64,000 nucleotides of DNA from Balanoglossus misakiensis (GCA_040954595.2 CM082579.2:3030345-3094344); one strand, 5' to 3'. Counted from the first letter of the stretch, positions 12,601-25,500 are shown. Notes: generated by a model from the letters alone, not told the origin. A program made the numbers and translations.

Positions 12601-14946
12601 GGATAATATGAGAATTGTCGGGACGAAATAACCAGCAATCCTGTCCGCCAGCCGCTGCAGGGGTGCCTAGATTTGAAAAAGAGCATATTTCGTCGTTATC
12701 AAGATTAGGATTCCTTTTCAGGTACTTTATAATTAAAAGTGTATCTGGTGAAATGTGGCACCTTGCATTGAAAAAAATAGAATTACCTTTGATGTCTGTG
12801 CCTCTTCGACCAAGCGAACAATTTGCGAAAGTGCGGTTTCTGATCCGAGATGAGTTATTCTGATCAGCAGACTTCCATTCTGGTTGATAGTTCCACCTAT
12901 CACGTCATCTCCTGTAGAGACGAAAAATCAATAAATGAGCGCTCTAACAAACTGACAAACGTTAACTGATTTCTGTGGTGTTTCTTCAACAAATTTGCTT
13001 CGACCATACCGAACCTATTGTACTTAATACCTGGTTTCTTAACAACGGGCATCGACTCTCCTGTAATCAGCGATTCGTCAACCGTAGATATGCCATCGTG
13101 CACCATTCCGTCGACAGGTATTTTGGACCCCGGAAACACTTTCACGATGTCGTCCCTGTGCAGGAGTCCAGTGTCGATCTCTTCCTCGCTGACAGGGTGG
13201 CCGTTTTCATCAAAATGCACCAATATGGCGTCGGTCGCTTGCAATGATACCAGCTTAGCCAGCGCACCAGAAGCCTTCCCCTGTTATTGAAAGGATATAC
13301 AATATTCTAAGACGTTGATTCACATGTTACAACGGCGCTTTCACGATGCTTTGCTTAGGCGGTACGGTATTCCTATGCTGTCTGTCTTACAGCTTAGTAC
13401 AAGTACCCCACATCTGATTTTAATCAGATTATTGGTGGTAATTTTGAAAGTTCTAACCTTGGCAATATATTCCAGCCATTTTCCAAGAGTAACGAACATC
13501 AGCAACATGGGTGGCGTGTCGAAGAAGGTCATGGGGCTAAAGTTGGTAGACTTCTTGATGTCCATCACCATGGCAACAATCACGATGGTGACAGAGTAGA
13601 AATACGCCACAGTCGTTGCCATGGCAATCAGTACGTCCATATTTGCTGTCCTGTGACGCAGGGCTTTGTAAGCTCCGACGTAGAAGTAACGTCCTCCAAA
13701 GAACTGACCAAAGGGAGAGAGATGGAAAGAAAAATTGCAGTGAATGAATGAAAAAATGAATACTTCTTTGAAGCATGTTATAGGTGAACACACAACGAAA
13801 GGAAGTGAAATTTCAGTAACATTTGCATACCTGGACAGGTGTACACAATACGAACAGAATAAGATTTTCTAGCGAGAGCCCTGGCAAGAAACAACAGGTG
13901 TGCTTTTCCGGATGTTTTCGGTAGAAGAAAAAGAAGGAGAACGTGACGACTATTGTAGGGATTCCGAAAACGAGCGACACAATAAACGATGTCCGCCATC
14001 TGAGAGTGGAATAAAATAGTAAAATGAACAAAATTAATGATAAAACGTTGACGATGATATTGTTCTAATAAACTACTTTCCAAAAGATAAAATATTCGAA
14101 AATAAAATACTACTACATGTAGTATGATTTAGTGGCGATTCGCTGAACACAATGACAAACTTACTTTTTGATGTCGTCTCCGTAATCCAAATAAGCCGAT
14201 TTACTTAGTGGATCGTCAGACGTGACTGACACATCAAATCCCATATCCTGTCCATGACAAAAACAGGTGCAGTGAATTAATATAATTTATACGTAAATAG
14301 TTAGACTAGCCCACTAGTCGCTTGGTGATTTTTAAATCTCAATACTTTTTGTGTTTTCAGTGGTTTTTTGTCTTAATAAATAATTTCAATACTTTTTGCG
14401 TGCATGCTTGCCTTTAGCGTGTTTTTGGTAGTGAGGCTAGTTTCGAATTTGCGACTGAGCTTGTGGTTTCGGGTAGCGTCGACCAGGTCGCGTTGTGATA
14501 GGAGCGGATTGAAAATTAATTACCCAAGAAAATGTAAAATGTCACATACGAATGAATACCTACTCTGATTAAAGCAACGATGTCTCTTGGACCAACTGCG
14601 TCGGGGTCGTATCCAACTTTAGCACTCCTGGTTGCCAGGGCGACCGAGGCGTAGTTGATCCCGCCTTCTCGCGTCAGTACTGTTTCGATGGCGTGGACGC
14701 ACGACGAACACGTCATACCTCGGATCTGATTAGATTCGAACAAATTGTAAGCACTGTATGAATATTCTGTATATTTATACCAGAAGTGCATTCTTACAGA
14801 TGAACGTATTACTATTTGTTATGTATAATAACAGAACAGACCTGAGCACAGGTAGTTCAAATCCAATCGTAAAACTGTGATCTTACCGTCAGATGTATTG
14901 TGGTGTCGCCGCCATCGTTGTGTAAAATCTTTCGGGGGTAGGCCAT
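9654..14946 (-). CDS. ATP7: Copper-transporting P1B-type ATPase, short ATP7 paralog with a single N-terminal metal-binding domain (~924 aa, 16 coding exons)
   Basis: Exons 14946-14887, 14725-14564, 14247-14165, 13999-13831, 13703-13458, 13280-13031, 12911-12787, 12666-12322, 12093-11908, 11722-11479, 11286-11128, 11038-10896, 10763-10560, 10388-10271, 10082-9980 and 9831-9654 give an open frame of 2775 nt. Motifs: GMTCSSC, TGES, CPC, DKTGT, SEHP, TGDN, GDGVND, YN, MAASS. Confidence 0.9.
10140..10220. repeat. (ACAG)n/(ACAT)n-type microsatellite in an intron
   Basis: Runs of acat/gcat and acag tetranucleotides. Confidence 0.8.
11411..11459. repeat. (CAC)n microsatellite in an intron
   Basis: caccacctccaccaccacca... 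run. Confidence 0.85.
14302..14390. repeat. Dispersed repeat fragment (inverted copy of 2950-3008) in an intron of the short ATP7
   Basis: TAGACTAGCCCACTAGTCGCTTG plus GTGGTTTTTTGTCTT. Confidence 0.65.
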
Positions 14947-16055
14947 CTTGTCAAAAAGCCGATATTCGCCTTAATGGAGAGTAGAATGTCTGACGTCTGT
15001 AACCTGCGTGAGGGACCAGGTAGCTCCCCTCACAGCCTTCAATCCTATTATGTTAATACAGGAATCTAATCAGGTTAGCATGCAGTGCTTCAGCGAGGAA
15101 ATGTAAATCACCTACAACGCACTTGTTTTCCTCCGGTGCACTGTTTTATTGCAAATTGTTGTAATAACGGTACATAGAAAGCAGGTCTGGCGTGTAAACT
15201 GTTCCCTGTGGACAACCATATGCCAGGACCATCGAGAAAACCGTTTCTTTAGAGTCTATGGCCCTACCAATATGGTGTGGAAAACCGTTCATCTGATTCA
15301 AAACTACATATATTTTACGGAAGATTAAATTCTAAGCTTAGGTATGAATATGTGGTTGTACTTTTTGATGCCGACACGACACCCGGCGTCCAGTTTTGGA
15401 CTGAGGTGAGTCCATAACTGAATTTGATAAATAAATACCTTTATAAAATCAAAATCTCACCTCTTTGAGTCCGAAAGTTACCGAGTTTTCCCTCTGGCTG
15501 CTATCACAACGTTGCTACAAACACCCACAAAAACCAGACACTGCCTATTTCTTTGAAAGTACAAATATATTCGTTCCTGAATGCATGCGGGTATCTGAAA
15601 ATAGCTTTAACTGCGCTGCATGCTAATCTTCTTTTAGATCGATTAAAATTGGTACTGTGAAAATTTCCCCTCCCTTAACCACTGAACAAAACTGACCACT
15701 TTACTCTATCTGACCAACCCGCTTATTCTCCGACCAGTGCATTATTTTGTGGCGCCGTGTGTGTTTTCCATAATTAAGTCAAAAACTCCAATTATAAAAC
15801 GATGCGCAAATTAAACTTAGAATAATAAAAGGTGGAAGTGAATATAAGGAATCGAATTATGCAAATACAAATGCTAATATCTTCACATACGGGACAATAT
15901 ATACTGAAATCACCGACTGCCTGAGGCAAGGAGGAAGGCTTATCCTCCCAACGAGTCACGATGCTTCAAGCATCGCGCTCTCTCAGCTACCCTCCCACGC
16001 GCAGCGCCCTCTTGTGGTGAAAAGTGCCAGTCCCTCTGACGATGTCGTTATAGTA

Positions 16056-16110
16056 TACCCAGAGTCCTCTGCTTCTGGAGGGCAACGGAGGCAGCACAGG
16101 AGTCTGGGTA
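16056..16110. repeat. Short palindromic hairpin element
   Basis: TACCCAGAGTCCT...AGGAGTCTGGGTA (12/13 complementary) enclosing an inner CTGCTTCTG/CGGAGGCAG stem. Confidence 0.55.
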
Positions 16111-16262
16111 ACAGAGAATAACAATGTTATTATTCTTAAAGATAAGGTTGACACCTTTATTTCACATCTTGTTCCAAAATTGGCAAACAACACAACAATC
16201 AAAACTGAGTGAAAATAGGCACACTTTGTTATCTACTAAAATATTTTTAATCTAGAAAAAAA

Positions 16263-17483
16263 TTATCCATGACTACACAAATCATTCCACAATTCAATAT
16301 CTTCCAATAGATTCTCTTGGGGAGGCCTCTTCATGATTATGCTGGCGATAATCCCAGCAAGAATTATCAGACCCAACTTTTTATTCGACTGAAATTTTCT
16401 CCAACAATCCTCAGTCTTACTGAGATCCACTGTGATGATCTGTGTTGTCATGTGAGCGGCCACCAGGCCCAGTGCTGCGTAGTACACCGCCCCCTGATCT
16501 GTAGCTAGTCCAGTCAGTGTCAGTCCCCCCAACATGACAGAGGCAAACCCTGCCAGCCAGGGTTTGGTGTTGTCACCCAGCAACAGGGCCGTCGATTTCA
16601 CCCCGATTAGCACATCGTCGTCTTTGTCCTGGTGGGCGTAGATTGTGTCGTAGAACAGTGTCCACGCGATGCCAGATACGTACAGAGGCAGAACGATGCC
16701 CCAGTCACAACTGCCTTTCACCGCCGACCAGCCAAGCAAGGCACCCCAGTTGAAACAGAACCCCAGAAAGATCTGTGGCCAGAACGTGATTCGTTTCATC
16801 AGGGGGTACGTCGCTACTAACAGCAGTGATGCTGCTCCCAGTGCAATGCTGTAGTTGTTCAGCTGAAGGAGAACTCCGAGCCCGGCCGAAAGCTGAACTC
16901 CCAGGAACAGCAGAGCATTGGCTGGAGAAACCACACCCGAAGCTATTGGCCTCAATTTGGTCCGGGCCACAGCTTTGTCGAAATCCCTGTCCCACAAGTC
17001 ATTGATGGTGCATCCCGCTCCACGCATCACCCAAGCACCAAGCCCAAAAAGGGCTAAGAGGTAGAAGTTGGGCAGGCACCCGGGTGGAGCTGCCAGGCTG
17101 ATGCTCCATGTACAGGGCAAGTAGAGAAGCCAGGTGCCGATGGGTTTGTCTGCTCTCATCAGTTTCAGGTAGGGTTGCGACCAGGCTGGCATGGCATTCA
17201 CCACCGCTTCAGGCTTGAAAAAACTCAAATGGCAGGGGTGTGACAGAGATGGCACATACTGCTGGTGCTTAAAGAGATGTTTCGTGCCAGTTCTCCCATG
17301 GCATGTGTGAATGTGGCTCGGCGTTGTCGCATACTGAGATAGCCTTTGTTGTTTTGTTTTGTGGTCTGTGTACACATAAATATGTGCATTGCAGTTCAAT
17401 GGCAGCCAGTGTACTACAGCACTTGACGCTGTCCTGGGCAGCAGCTGGTGTATCTGTCCTCTACAAAGTCTTGCAAGCAGCAT
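16263..17483 (-). CDS. COQ2: 4-hydroxybenzoate polyprenyltransferase, mitochondrial (406 aa, single coding exon)
   Basis: UbiA-family motifs [42 protein letters not shown] and [13 protein letters not shown]. The basic N-terminal extension is consistent with a mitochondrial presequence. Confidence 0.96.
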   Translation of the reverse strand: MLLARLCRGQIHQLLPRTASSAVVHWLPLNCNAHIYVYTDHKTKQQRLSQYATTPSHIHTCHGRTGTKHLFKHQQYVPSLSHPCHLSFFKPEAVVNAMPAWSQPYLKLMRADKPIGTWLLYLPCTWSISLAAPPGCLPNFYLLALFGLGAWVMRGAGCTINDLWDRDFDKAVARTKLRPIASGVVSPANALLFLGVQLSAGLGVLLQLNNYSIALGAASLLLVATYPLMKRITFWPQIFLGFCFNWGALLGWSAVKGSCDWGIVLPLYVSGIAWTLFYDTIYAHQDKDDDVLIGVKSTALLLGDNTKPWLAGFASVMLGGLTLTGLATDQGAVYYAALGLVAAHMTTQIITVDLSKTEDCWRKFQSNKKLGLIILAGIIASIIMKRPPQENLLEDIELWNDLCSHG

Positions 17484-17799
17484 GATTCTGTCCGTGCTTG
17501 TGGGTGTTTGGCACCAATTCCTTGAGCGGGGCGATTATCAGACTGCAAACTGTGCAAACAAACATCACAGTTATCAACAAAATGAGTGAATGAGGGAAAG
17601 AAAACAATGCAGTGATCTGTTTGGGCTTTGAATTTAGATCTTGGCCTGACTAAAATCAATGGTATTCGGATAGCTAAAATAGGACAATTGAGCTCAATGT
17701 TACCATTGTCACCTATGGGAAAAGAATTACTTGTCTTGAGCCAGCAGATACAGCCAGACACTTTCGCTTATACTGCAAGGTCACGCTAAGGTCAACCGT

Positions 17800-18234
17800 A
17801 CCCTGGGAGCAACTCTCTCACGTAAGTCGTAACCAGATTCATGCTAGTTCATAGGCGGCAAAACAACGTATAACTTTATAATATCACAATCTGCCAACCC
17901 GACACTAAATGGATCCTTACCGTGACATGAACTTGAACATTGCCCATCGAAGACATCGTGTATTCGACTAACGACACAACATACGTGCAGACATGTGTAT
18001 TTGTGATGGAAGTCGCTGAACACAAGGATTCGTGTCAAAGGTCATTTGTCACATGATCACGACAGTGTTTGGATTGCGGGTCACGATGATCGTGAAAGGT
18101 GGGTCCGTACCATTGCGCGTCGACACCAGACGATCGGCTTGAGTCACAATAATGATGGTGATCCTGATGGTCTTGACAAAACATCAACGCTGCTCAGAAG
18201 AGATCGAATGACCAGATCAAGTACAGTAACATAG
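17800..18234. promoter_or_regulatory. Probable divergent promoter region between COQ2 and the long ATP7, including a putative non-coding ATP7 first exon ending at 18234
   Basis: The genes are head-to-head and the segment is CpG-richer. Strong donor AG|GTAAGT after 18234; acceptor at 19507 just upstream of the ATP7 ATG; COQ2 5'UTR acceptor near 17550. Confidence 0.5.
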
Positions 18235-19528
18235 GTAAGTTAGGTGTTGATCACGTCCATGGTGAACCCGGCTCAGTGCACGTACGTACGTTCCAATGCA
18301 ATGAATCAAACAGTTAATTATCTAACTGGATCTCTGTCGAAAGATACTACCAAAGTCAGCTACTTCACAGAAAACTACCATGTTCTTTATTTTGCTTGTC
18401 CTAGTTCTGGATCGACATTAACTCTCAAGTTTTAAGTCGAGTTCAACTGGTGTGCACTATAAATAAATATCATCATGTACACAACCATCATATTCTTTCA
18501 ACCGTGACACTGACAAAGCTCATTTGTGACTGCTGCAAATACTGTTGTCGACTTTGTATTCATTTCGGGTTAGCTTTTTGCAAGCGGTGAGATGTTTCCA
18601 TGCGATTTCCCGGAAAGAATCTTTCAAGGAAATATGATCTATTTATCTTCTCAGTCTGATATTGAAGTTGTAATCTATTTCAAAGTATCAGGAGAACCCT
18701 GGAAATAACCGTGGAAAACTCAGATGAATGCCAACTTTTGGTAAAAATTGTTTTCAAGCCAAGTTAACTTAATTAAGCCCAAATGCAGACACTTATTACA
18801 GACACAACTAATCAAAGCCGTGATGTATTGTCACATGATCTGTGTGTGAAACTATTACCCAATGAGATCACCAGGAAGAGCTTAATTTAGCATATCCTTT
18901 TGTGATGTTACCAGTGGACACATTATGAATTATACAGCATCCATGCAAAAATGTGAAGTATATAATTGCTGCTAATTTGTGTTAACATGTAGAGCAGTTT
19001 TCATTGTTGACTGACTGAAACTGAAAGTAAACAATGCATTTTAAATGCTGTTTGCCAAGTCCATGACTGCAGTGTCCATGCATTGGAATTGTCATTGAAA
19101 TATGTGAGTTGAGTTTGTTTTGCCAAGAAAGTCAGAATTGGGTGGTATGTCAGAACATGTACAGTTCTTTAAAACTGGATCGCTTGATTATGTCAACCGT
19201 TTCCAATGAACAGATATTATTCTTGACATTAAAAAAGCATTTTTAAAGTTTCATTAATAAAATGTTCATTTAAAACGAAGTATAATAATGGATTTTACTA
19301 TGGAATGATTGTTCAAAATGCAGAACAACCCAACATGTAGACTGGTTTCTCAAGAGCACTATCATGCATTAATATTCCATGAAGCAGTGGCTGGTCTGTG
19401 CAGGGATGCCTATGAAAGCACTAGAGAATAATAATGTTGCGAAGTGCTTGGCAAGTGACAGCTCATTACACAGGTGAAATAAAGCCTGGATATTCTCCCA
19501 TTGACAGATTGCATAGCCGCTATTCACG

Positions 19529-22500
19529 ATGGAACAGCGAAAGAAATGCCTCATCAAGATCCAAGGAATGACCTGTCAGTCATGTGTCAAGACAATTGAA
19601 CAGAGCATGCATGATGTTCCAGGCGTGAACAGCATAAAGGTGAGACATATGGCTGGACTCACTGACCTGTGGCTGAACTGATCTCATAATGTACAGATAG
19701 GTCAGCATGCATTGAGATGTTCTGTTTGTCTCTTCTTTGGTGTACTATACTTTGCTGATAAAAATCAAGAAGCACACACTTTGATATCTGTAGTATTATC
19801 CTTGACATTGTGGTTGATATTGACAGGACTGTGTCCACATGCACATACATATTGAGGCAATGGTTGAAGGGTAGGGAACCTTCCATATGAAAAACTAGTT
19901 ATATGTTATCAAGTTGTGGTACTCCTTTATTTGCAATGTCATTGCTTGTTAACACAAATGTGTGAATCATCATTTGAATCAAACCAAAGCATGGGTGTAA
20001 CCATGAGATGATACTGCAGCCAAGTTACTTATTAAATGGTCTACGTGCAGATGTTGGGGAAGGCACCTATAAATATAGATCACATGATATACATGATGTG
20101 TGTGTGTGTGTGAATGGAATGCAAAGACCCTGGTACATAGTTACCCCGATTCACAGAACACAGAACTCCCTGTCGGTGCCAGGTATGTATCTGTCCTGTT
20201 CAGTATTTTTTGCTGAAAATTTGACTGTTTTTTCGGAGGCCAGATAACCTGCAGTTTCAGTTTAATTTGGAGGCTTTATATGATATTCCCAATCCACATT
20301 AGTTTAAAATTTCAGTCCTATATTTAAGCTAAAATGTGCTTTTATCAATGGAACAATTCTTAGATTGCCATTCTGATGAAAGACACCTTTTTAAAAAATT
20401 GGAAAATTCTTCATTCTAATAGTTTGTTGTAAATTTATAGCAAAATAAGCATTATTCCGTCTGAAGAGCCTTATCTTCTTTCTTATCTTCTTTGTGCGAT
20501 TGGAATTCATTTGCTAGTCTGGCACGTTTAGAATACTAAGCCTGCAGTAGTAATTTTCTGTGGTTCTCTTCTTAAAATATGCAGTATAAACATTCCTGCC
20601 ATTTGCCATGTCTCGGTGCTTTCACTTTCAGAAATGTATAAGCCAATTATGAGCATGTACTCTGTGACACTCACTTACACAAGATTATCCTTGGCAGCTT
20701 TCATACAGTAACTGACCTCACAAAAGTAGGCTCAGATAGCTTTCATAATTCTTCTTCCTTGTTTTGTTAAGGTATCATTATCAGACAAGGAAGCCATTGT
20801 GGAATACACAGAAAGCATGACGTCACCACAGCTGCTCAGAGACAAGATCGACGATATGGGCTTTGAGGCAGCGCTTCCTGAAAACCAGACTTCTGTTGCT
20901 GTGGCAACAGAGGAAGTGGCGATCGAGATCGAGGGCATGACTTGTAATTCATGTGTGAAGACAATCGAAGGCAATGTCGGGAAGATGGACGGCGTTGAAG
21001 AAGTCAGGGTCTCTCTGGATGAGAAGATCGGGCGTGTGAAGTTTAAGCCGGCCGTGATATCGGCGTCAGCTGTCAGAGATGCAATCGATGACATGGGCTT
21101 CGAAGCCAGGATCAGAGAAAGTGACTCTGAAACTGTGAACATTGACATCGAAGGGATGACCTGCCAGTCTTGTGTTCGGACTATCGAGGGTAAGATTAGA
21201 AATGATCCTGGGGTTCAGAGCATCGAGGTGTCGCTGGAGAAGAAGGAAGCAGTTGTCAGGTATTCACCGTCGGTTACCAACCCAGCTACAATCAGAGACG
21301 CAATCGATGACATGGGATTTGAAGCTACTCTACAGAATGTTGCCGATCTGGCTGAGTTTGATCCGCTCCTGCAAGAGGGAGATGAGACGAAGCTTACCCA
21401 GACAGTTGTCATTGACATTGGGGGAATGACGTGCAATTCATGTGTGAAGTCCATTGAAGGGACAATCTCAGATCACACTGGCGTTGACAAAATTTCTGTT
21501 TCTCTGGAGAACAACAATGCAGAAATCATTTACAAGTCCAATGTGACGAACCCAGAAACCTTGACAGCTGCTATTGAAGATATGGGCTTTGATGCAACTC
21601 TTGGCAGAAAGCCCATGGACAGTGTCAAGTCTGTGGTTCTCGGTGTTGAAGGAATGACCTGCAATTCTTGTGTGAAAGCCATTGAAGGAAAGATTTCAAA
21701 ACATCCAGGTGTGGAGAACATTACAGTTTCCCTTCAAGAGAAAAACGCAACAATATTTTACAATGTCCAGAAAACTACAGCAGGAGACCTGAAGGACGCC
21801 ATTGATGACATGGGTTTTGAAGCGAGTTTACCAACTGAAGATACCAAGGTAACCATTGAAAACGCCGGACAACTGCCCTCGACGGTTGTGCTGGGGGTGG
21901 AAGGAATGACATGCAATTCGTGCGTTAAGAGCATAGAGGGTAAGATGTCGGAACACCCCGGGGTCAAGAGCATCAAAGTGTCTTTAAAAGACAAAAGCGC
22001 AACAATCGACTATGATCCCAGCCGCGTCGACATCACTGTCCTGAGACATTCCATCGATGAGATGGGATTTGAGTGCTCGGTCCCGGCTGCGGCTGGAGTC
22101 TCCACCACCTTGGTTGACATTCAAGGGATGACCTGCAATTCTTGTGTCAAGACGATAGAAAATAAACTTTCCGAGACTGCTGGAGTGCTTTCTGTGAAAG
22201 TTTCCCTGCAGCAGAATAGTGGTTCTGTGAATCATGATCCGAGACTCTTGAACAGCGCTCAGATAATTGAAGCAATCAACGACATGGGTTTCGTGGCATC
22301 TGCACATGTACCAGGTAGGTTTTGAACAAATTTGATTTTTGAACTAAAAAGTTACCACGTCAACTTTTTCTGAAACCCCAAATAACCATATTTTGTCAAA
22401 CTGACTTCATTTGTGGCTCATTTTCATAGTTAGATTAGAAATTTTCAGAAAAAAAAACTCTTATTCTGCAGGGTAGTTCCTGTGAATGTTCACAATGGTG

Positions 22501-25500
22501 ATATAATCAGATTATCCTAAAGTTGCATCCATATGGTAAATGTCTAGTAGGGATTTTCATAATTATGCTACTTTCTGAAGTCTATACAGTAAATAATGAT
22601 AAAATAAGAAAACTAAATTTATTTTCATCTGTTTTTTTTGCACTGTCTGATTTGCCATTTTTAAAACAACGTAGTATGACAAACAATGTAACAATATAGA
22701 TGGTAAGCCAAAGGTGTTTGTAGTCTAGTTTCAATGAAAATTCATCAAATTACTTTCAAATGTTTTGTGACGTGCATTCATATGTTTATGTTATTGATGT
22801 CACCTGATTTGAATAACCAAGTAAGTAATCTATGATAATATAAAACATGGGAATTTTTGAGTGAGTGAGTGGGCCACATGACAGGACTAGTGTAAACATG
22901 CTGGTAGGGAAAAAATTTCACCGGAGAAGTGGAAATACGGAAATGAATCAAACAGAAATTTAGGGAATGGAATTATAATCTGGAATCGAATTACATGTTG
23001 TAATAATGAGAGTTTGTTGTGCCGACACATACATGTAGAGGTAAGGCCAGCGGTTATTTTTCTCATAAATTGTATCAAATATTGATAGTACCATCAGATT
23101 ATGAAATTGTCCAAGGAAAAACTTATTTAAAAAGTGTGAATGACAAAGAGGTATTATGCAGTGACCTCCCAGATTAAGTCAGTTTTTCAGAATTGTAAGG
23201 GTAGTTGACGGGAAGAGGGAAAATTTCACAATGAGATACAGATCTCTTTAGTGTGACTATACTCTTTATGGAGCTGTGTGAGTGAGGTACATGTACATGT
23301 AGCCCTGGGCTGAGTTTGTTAAGGTAACTGATATAGTTGATAGCCGACTGGAACACGGTGAGCTTGTGAAAATCTATTGCATGTACACTCAGGAAAGGTT
23401 TGGTTTCATTAGCCTTGTGTGACATCTTTGTATTTTGTCACCAGACTGGTATCTATGCATCTGTCAGAGATGGAAAAGATTCACACAGTGTTAGTGATAC
23501 TGACAGCTGTTCATTGCCATTTTTATACAACACAGTATATCACTTTCTTGGTTCGTGATGCTGAATCTTACTCTATTCACTTTGTCTACATTCATCTCTC
23601 GGCACAAATTTGTCTCTTTTTTTTCTTTCATTTTTATGTCGTTCAGAGACAATCATCCATGAAATATTTCACATCAGTTTCTTTCCTCCAACAGAATTGA
23701 TAACAACATAATATACTTATAAAAGCCACTCTTCCATTTCCCTTCCAGAGACCCAAAAAGTCCAAAAACCGACAAAACGCCCGCAAAGAGAATCCCGCCA
23801 GAGAGCTGCAGAGGAGACGGATACATGGGACATCAAGTTCAGTCATAAAAGGATGACTTCGCACGATGTAGAGAAAGGCGCCGGGGCTGTCCTGACATGT
23901 CACCTTCATGTGACTGGGATGACGTGTGCCTCCTGCGTGGCCACCATCGAGAAGAATCTGTCCAAGCAACCGGGTAGGTTGGCGATTAGGCACAAATGCC
24001 AAACCCATGTACAGAAATCAAAGCTTTGATTTGGATTTTAAGTTACCGTATTATTATACCTGTATCTGCAATGTGAGTTCAGATTCTGTGTTTGCTCATG
24101 AATATTTCACAGCTTTGAATTGTACGGACCATAAGCATTTCCTGTTGCTGCCAGAATCTGTTTTTAGAAACATATGCATGTGCGTACCAGTTCTATTCAG
24201 GTTCCTTCTGGTCATATACGTGTATTGACTAAAAAAGACTGGGTCAGCACTTGTTTCTACAATGATCAGCCACACTGCTCGGAGAGATGTACTTGATTTA
24301 ATGCATCACTACACAGAAACGAAAATGGGTGTTGACAGCATTGGATAAGAGAACTGTTGCTTATTTTAGCATTTTTTGACTCTGCAGGCATCAAGAGTGT
24401 TCTGGTGGCCCTGATGGCTCAGAAGGCAGAGGTCAAATATGACAGCAGCTACGTGACCCCTGAGGAGATAGCCAATCAGATTGAAGACATGGGGTTTGGT
24501 GCCAGTGTCATCAACGATGAAACTTTAAATGATGGTGTTGTGGAACTTTCCGTAAGTACGACTGTCACATTATTCACAACTGTCTGTGTCTTGTTCATTC
24601 TTGTAGTATATATTTATATATGGCAAGCAAACAGTAGAGACAACTTACTACACAAGAACATACTTGTGTCTGTGTTAACTTTGTGCAACTACCAAGTTTT
24701 ATTTTGAATAGAAAGAAAAGAAATATTTACATGTATACTGATTTATTTTTTGTGTGCTTCAGATCACAGGTATGACCTGCTCCTCCTGTGTCCACCTCAT
24801 CGAGTCTACGTTGGCCAAGAAGCCCGGAGTGAAGTATGCCTCAGTTGCCTTGGCAACTGGTCGGGGGAAATTCAAATTTGACCCATCAACAACTGGTCCT
24901 CGGGATATCATTGAGGCCATTAAGGTATAATTTTGTCTGTCAACTTTTATGTGCAAGAGAAATTGTGATTTTAACAGAGTCAATAGAGTTCACTAATTTT
25001 CTTTTTTTTTTCTCAGGATGCAGGATTTGGAGCAGAGCTTGCAACTAATGACTCCAAATCAAAAACTGAGGGACTGGATCACAAGAAAGAAATAAAAAAG
25101 TAAGACTGCCAAACAATTATATACATCACGTTAAATTACCTTGACAAGATTTATATTTCGAAAGAGTGGAAGAATTATAAGAACCTCCCTGTTGATGCCT
25201 TTGTGCAATAAATGCCAACTTCTGTTGTCAATCCATTTCAGATGGCGCCGTTCATTTCTGTTTTCCCTCATCTTTGGGATTCCGGTCGTTGTCATTGTCA
25301 TTTACTTCCGAGTGATTGGTGCTGGTGATAATACCGAGTGTCTCTTTCCTGGCGTTTCCCTGGAAAACCTGTTGCTGTTTTTCCTTTGCACTCCATGTCA
25401 GGTGAGATGGCTAGATTTTATGTCAATGATGTTTGTACTAGGCATGAGTGAAGTACTTGACAGACCTACATATCTGCAAATTCAAGGATTTTTTTAAATA

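Noticed and set aside
9654-14946. Short ATP7 as a pseudogene
   Set aside because: All 16 exons join without stops or frameshifts, splice sites are canonical and the core catalytic motifs are retained.
18046-18234. His/Asp-rich 62-aa ORF as a metal-binding leader peptide
   Set aside because: Starts at TTG, is short and has no further support.
18450-18456. Metal-response element (TGCACAC on the minus strand) near ATP7
   Set aside because: A single 7-mer, expected by chance; no cluster seen.
20799-22325. 508-aa ORF as a stand-alone multi-HMA copper chaperone
   Set aside because: Bounded by a good acceptor (20771) and donor (22314) and in frame with the flanking ATP7 exons.
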